Part shown: positions 29,239-32,000 of the stretch, in pieces
Numbering within the stretch: position 1 is the stretch's first letter
How the letters are laid out: the number at the start of each line of letters is the position of its first letter
Source of the DNA: Pirellula staleyi DSM 6068
GTDB lineage: Bacteria; Planctomycetota; Planctomycetia; Pirellulales; Pirellulaceae
DNA length: 32,000 bases
Direction of reading: 5' to 3'
NCBI GenBank assembly: GCA_000025185.1
Contig: CP001848.1
Span: 2,970,001-3,002,000, forward strand
Position numbers and translations under genes: made by a program
Notes under the pieces: generated by a model
What the model was told of the DNA's origin: nothing
Seen by the model: the letters and a program-made list of their open reading frames with translations, nothing else
The model's database searches: none

Positions 29239-29580
29239 ATGGCCAAGTACCTGATCTCCTTTCCGAGCGCTGCGATGGTGGTCCCTGAAGGGGAGTGGGA
29301 CGCAGTGGTTCGCGACTCGCATGCCGTGATCGAAGAGGCAAAAGCTGCTGGGGTCTACGTCTTTGGGGGTGGCATCGACGCAAGTGTCCCCCCGGTTCTC
29401 GTCGCAGCCGACGGAGCAGTCGCCGAGGGGGGCTACCCCTGGGCACCTCCCCTCAACGGCGGCTTCACGGTGCTCGAAATACCGTCGCGCGAGCAGGCTA
29501 TCGCGTGGGCCGCGCGCCTTGCGAAGGCCTGTCGTTGTGACCAGGAGCTTCGTGTCTTCGGGTTCGACCCGCAGTCCTAA
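29239..29580 (+). CDS. YciI-like (YCII-related/DGPF) domain protein
   Basis: 113 aa: MAKYLISFPSAAM...VIEEAKAAGVYVFGGGI...GGFTVLEIPSREQAIAWAARLAKA. The length and the pattern of a C-terminal helix after a 'GGF.v.e..s.eeA' segment fit YCII-related proteins. Confidence 0.7.
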   Translation: MAKYLISFPSAAMVVPEGEWDAVVRDSHAVIEEAKAAGVYVFGGGIDASVPPVLVAADGAVAEGGYPWAPPLNGGFTVLEIPSREQAIAWAARLAKACRCDQELRVFGFDPQS

Positions 29581-29620
29581 TCGCGGCGCAGAAAGCGCGG
29601 CTTAGCACTTCATTCAAGCG

Positions 29621-29636
29621 CCAGGCGGAGCCTTAG
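29621..29636 (+). repeat. 16-nt direct repeat, left copy (ccaggcggagccttag)
   Basis: Identical to 29820-29835. A partial third copy (gcggcttagcacttc) lies at 29597-29611. Confidence 0.8.
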
Positions 29637-29819
29637 TACTTCGTCTATCGACCAATGTCAGGTGTTTTGGGGGCCACTGGCATTTTGCCAGTTCAGAAGC
29701 TGGAACCGATGTTTTGGGCAAAATCTGCCTGAAACATAGAGCCTATTTACACTTCTCACTGGGCAGAGCCCAGTGGCACTCTGGATGGAAGCCTGCTCAT
29801 TGCTGCCTGACTTTGATCT
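29631..29819 (+). repeat. Copy B of the structured intergenic repeat element
   Basis: Homologous to 27092-27262 in the same orientation. Its helices are 29657-29662 with 29806-29811, and hairpins 29677-29691, 29712-29734 and 29757-29775. It starts 51 nt after the YciI-like stop and ends 13 nt before the stop of the convergent oxidoreductase gene. Confidence 0.6.
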
Positions 29820-29835
29820 CCAGGCGGAGCCTTAG
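29820..29835 (+). repeat. 16-nt direct repeat, right copy (ccaggcggagccttag), overlapping the oxidoreductase stop codon
   Basis: Identical to 29621-29636. It contains tta (29832-29834), which is the TAA stop of the minus-strand gene 29832-30932. Confidence 0.8.
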
Positions 29836-30932
29836 GTCAGGAGCGTGAGAGGATTCACGCGCGAGGTGAGTGGAATCCCCACTCGCGCGCCGATGCGCTG
29901 CGACTCCATCACCGCGCTAATCATTTCCACGGTCGTGCGCCCTTCGTACATACTGCACTCGGGCTGCCGATCCTCTTCGATCGCTTGCATCAGGTCGGTG
30001 ACTGCCAGGATGTTGCCACCGGTTTGCCCTTCCTCTTTGATCGGTTCGGCCAGGCCGATTCCGGCAGAAGTGATTGGCTTCCAAGTCGCCTGACTGCGGC
30101 CAGCACTCCAGTTGGGATCGGCAACGAACCAGGCTTTCGGGAGATGGCCGGTGAGCACCTCGACAATCCCTTTGCTCCCGAAGATTTGCACCCCAAAGCG
30201 ATCGCCACGCGCCTCTTTTTGCGAACCGAAGTAGGCCGTGGCTCCCGACGCTAGGCCGAACATTGCATCGACGCGATCCCCCGCCAAAGGGCCGATCCCT
30301 TCAGCTCCTTCGCGCACGTTTTTCTTCGTGATCGGAGCGCCGTTCTCGCGAATCTGCGCAAAGCACCATTCAGGTTCGCCTCCAAAATGATGCACGAGGT
30401 TCAGCACGTGACTTCCCAAGACCCACAAATCTTCGACACCACCGCGCTGATCTTCTTTCCCGCGAGCGCGGTACTCGAGCACCGTCCCGAGCAGACCATC
30501 GCCGATCAGGTCGTGAATCGTTTGCAGCACCGGGCTATAGCGAGTCTGATGCGCGAGGGCCAGTTTGACGTCGGTTTTCTCGCACGCGGCGACAATCGCA
30601 TCCGCTTCCGCCGGGGTTCGGCAAAACGGCTTTTCCATGTAGATATGAATCCCGCGATCGGCCGCCGCGATCGCCATCTCGGCATGCTGATCGAGCCAGC
30701 GGGGACAGATCGCCACGATGTCGGGCTTCGTGGTGTCGAGCAGTTGACGGTAGTCGGCAAACGTTTTTGGAGCTTTCAGCCGCGCTGCTGCAGCGGCCAG
30801 CCCTTTCTCGTCCCGATCAGCCACCCCCACGATTTCGCAGTTCTCCATCCGGAGCCAGACCGTGTCGATGCCGTGGCCGTAGTTTCCACGCCCCGTTTCG
30901 CCGATCACCGCCACGCGATACTTGTGCAACAT
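29832..30932 (-). CDS. Gfo/Idh/MocA family oxidoreductase
   Basis: N-terminal Rossmann segment MLHKYRVAVIGETGRGNYGHG...IVGVADRD...DIVAICPR, then EKPF (MEKPFCRTPAEADAIV) and a C-terminal alpha/beta domain. ATG 30932 has GAGG 5 nt upstream. The ORF-track TTG at 31034 adds a non-typical extension. Confidence 0.8.
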   Translation of the reverse strand: MLHKYRVAVIGETGRGNYGHGIDTVWLRMENCEIVGVADRDEKGLAAAAARLKAPKTFADYRQLLDTTKPDIVAICPRWLDQHAEMAIAAADRGIHIYMEKPFCRTPAEADAIVAACEKTDVKLALAHQTRYSPVLQTIHDLIGDGLLGTVLEYRARGKEDQRGGVEDLWVLGSHVLNLVHHFGGEPEWCFAQIRENGAPITKKNVREGAEGIGPLAGDRVDAMFGLASGATAYFGSQKEARGDRFGVQIFGSKGIVEVLTGHLPKAWFVADPNWSAGRSQATWKPITSAGIGLAEPIKEEGQTGGNILAVTDLMQAIEEDRQPECSMYEGRTTVEMISAVMESQRIGARVGIPLTSRVNPLTLLT

Positions 30933-31168
30933 CGAAACCTCGACCTGGAGAGCGGGACTTACCGGATGAATAGCGGCTGTTTCTTCAAATGCCGCTAGGA
31001 TTGCGATCGCCCCGCACAAGCCATGCAGGGGCAAGCGATTGGCCCCTATTGTGACGCTGGACCTAAACGCTCGCTACTGTTTTAATCAGAGGCGGAGTTT
31101 CTGGTTCGATTCTTTTCGGGCAGCAACATTTCTGGCAGCGTCTCGGGCAGACAAGGTGACGGCAACTC

Positions 31169-31552
31169 ATGCGATCGGCTTTCTGGTTCGCAGCGGCACT
31201 CGCGATTTTCGCCGGCACTATGCGCACGACTGCTACCGCTGAAACGCGAGCCGAGAAGCCGCCGCAGTTCGAGACCGATGTGCTGCCGATTCTGAAAGCC
31301 AAATGCTTTGACTGTCACTCGACTACCGCCGACGAACTTCAGGGGGGACTGAAGCTCGACAACCTCGAGCTGATTCTCCAAGGTGGAACCAGCGGTGCGG
31401 CGATCGTCGAGGGTGATGTCGAGAACAGTCTGCTGCTGAAGGCGATTCGCTACGAAGTCGAGGATATGCAGATGCCCCCGAGTGGCAAACTCGACGACGA
31501 AAAAATCAGCCTCCTCGAAGCCTGGGTCAAATCCTTGAAGAGCGACGAGTGA
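31169..31552 (+). CDS. Small secreted c-type cytochrome domain protein (PSCyt1, 'planctomycete cytochrome C' domain only)
   Basis: Signal peptide MRSAFWFAAALAIFAGTMRTTATA. Then FETDVLPILKAKCFDCHS (CxxCH heme motif), GGLKLD, GG.SG.AIV.G....S.L...I and MPP, which is the PSCyt1 pattern. The ORF stops after 127 aa. Confidence 0.75.
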   Translation: MRSAFWFAAALAIFAGTMRTTATAETRAEKPPQFETDVLPILKAKCFDCHSTTADELQGGLKLDNLELILQGGTSGAAIVEGDVENSLLLKAIRYEVEDMQMPPSGKLDDEKISLLEAWVKSLKSDE

Positions 31553-31595
31553 TTGCAGCGCAGCAGCACTCCCGCGTTCCCTCAAGAAACCAGCA

Positions 31596-31640
31596 AAGGT
31601 GGAGCACTCGCTGGAAGTACTCCACCTTCGATGTTTTTTC
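31596..31640 (+). terminator. Rho-independent terminator after the PSCyt1 gene
   Basis: A 9-bp stem pairs aaggtggag (31596-31604) with ctccacctt (31620-31628), followed by cgatgTTTTTTc (T6 at 31634-31639). Confidence 0.7.
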
Positions 31641-31670
31641 GACAAAGTTTTTTAGTGGCCAGCGCTATCT

Positions 31671-32000
31671 CTAGCGGCTCAGGCGGCTGCTGACCGATTC
31701 GACCTCGCCGAAGCTGGTCGGGTGGAGATCGGTTTGGTGCGAAATGGGGCGAAGCGTGGGAGCGTAGTAGCCCATTTCTTCCTGGTACACAGGTTCTTCG
31801 GTGTACGGCTTGATCGGTGGGAAGCGCCAGGGGCTGTGGTAGTCGGTCATGCGGACCTGCTTGTACATGCCTGGCCAGTGATAGGTGTAGAGCGGGGGAA
31901 CGGGGTAGTTGTAGCTACCGTTGCATCCGCAGTTGAAGTAGCGGTCGAGTCCGTCGTAGTTGCTCTTGCAGCCTCGGCCGCAATGTCCGCCGCGACAGCC
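31671..32000 (-). CDS. Cys/Gly-rich hypothetical protein, 5'-truncated by the window edge
   Basis: The minus-strand frame is open from base 32000: GCRGGHCGRGCKSNYDGLDRYFNCGCNGSYNYPVPPLYTYHWPGMYKQVRMTDYHSPWRFPPIKPYTEEPVYQEEMGYYAPTLRPISHQ...SRLSR*. The ORF track lists only the part from the internal Met at 31868. Confidence 0.55.
   Translation of the reverse strand, partial: GCRGGHCGRGCKSNYDGLDRYFNCGCNGSYNYPVPPLYTYHWPGMYKQVRMTDYHSPWRFPPIKPYTEEPVYQEEMGYYAPTLRPISHQTDLHPTSFGEVESVSSRLSR

Noticed and set aside
29671-29682. gccactg in repeat copy B, which resembles the cobalamin-riboswitch 'B12 box'
   Set aside because: Copy A has cacactg instead. The rest of the cobalamin consensus (GGGAA, CCGGTGAAA..CCGG) is absent. 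The element also lies 3' of genes rather than in a 5' leader.

Overview
This GC-rich bacterial chromosomal window is densely coded and mostly housekeeping. I call 23 CDS (two truncated by the window edges) and one tRNA-Phe(GAA). I saw no rRNA, CRISPR array, transposase, integrase or phage genes.

The gene content suggests Planctomycetota, but this is inference only. It rests on a stand-alone PSCyt1 'planctomycete cytochrome c' domain, DUF3303, many lipobox proteins, RTX-like repeats, a PEPCK(ATP) gene and generally weak Shine-Dalgarno signals.

Gene layout, left to right:
- the 3' end of an RTX/GGxGxD repeat protein
- a minus-strand trio: GH63-like glucosidase, DUF4239-like membrane protein, GH13 alpha-amylase-family enzyme
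- a LOG/TIGR00730 protein
- a secreted double NTF2-like protein
- a secreted low-complexity plus TPR protein
- a minus-strand run: RND adaptor, RND pump, lipoprotein alpha/beta-hydrolase
- pckA, DUF3303 and a BON-domain protein
- tRNA-Phe
- an Opp/Dpp/Gsi-type ABC importer (SBP, two permeases, fused double ATPase)
- an orphan 289-aa protein
- a YfcE-like phosphoesterase and a YciI-like protein
- a Gfo/Idh/MocA oxidoreductase
- a small PSCyt1 cytochrome c
- the 3' end of a Cys/Gly-rich protein

The most unusual signal is non-coding. Two diverged direct copies of a multi-hairpin intergenic element, each with a core of about 156 nt, lie at 27092-27262 and 29631-29819. Their stem differences are mostly Watson-Crick to G:U changes, which keep pairing only in a plus-strand RNA. 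Together they bracket the 2.3-kb segment holding the orphan protein, the phosphoesterase and the YciI-like gene. One copy sits inside a 16-nt direct duplication that includes the stop codon of the convergent gene.

Secondary oddities:
- an orphan plus-strand terminator (sRNA or leader candidate) near 28400-28495
- a 16-bp composite hairpin at 28204-28254
- a dense GTCAC/GTGAC inverted-repeat cluster at 6058-6132
- three long ORF-free gaps

I found no clear new multi-gene protein system. All homology statements come from motif recognition by eye, not database searches.
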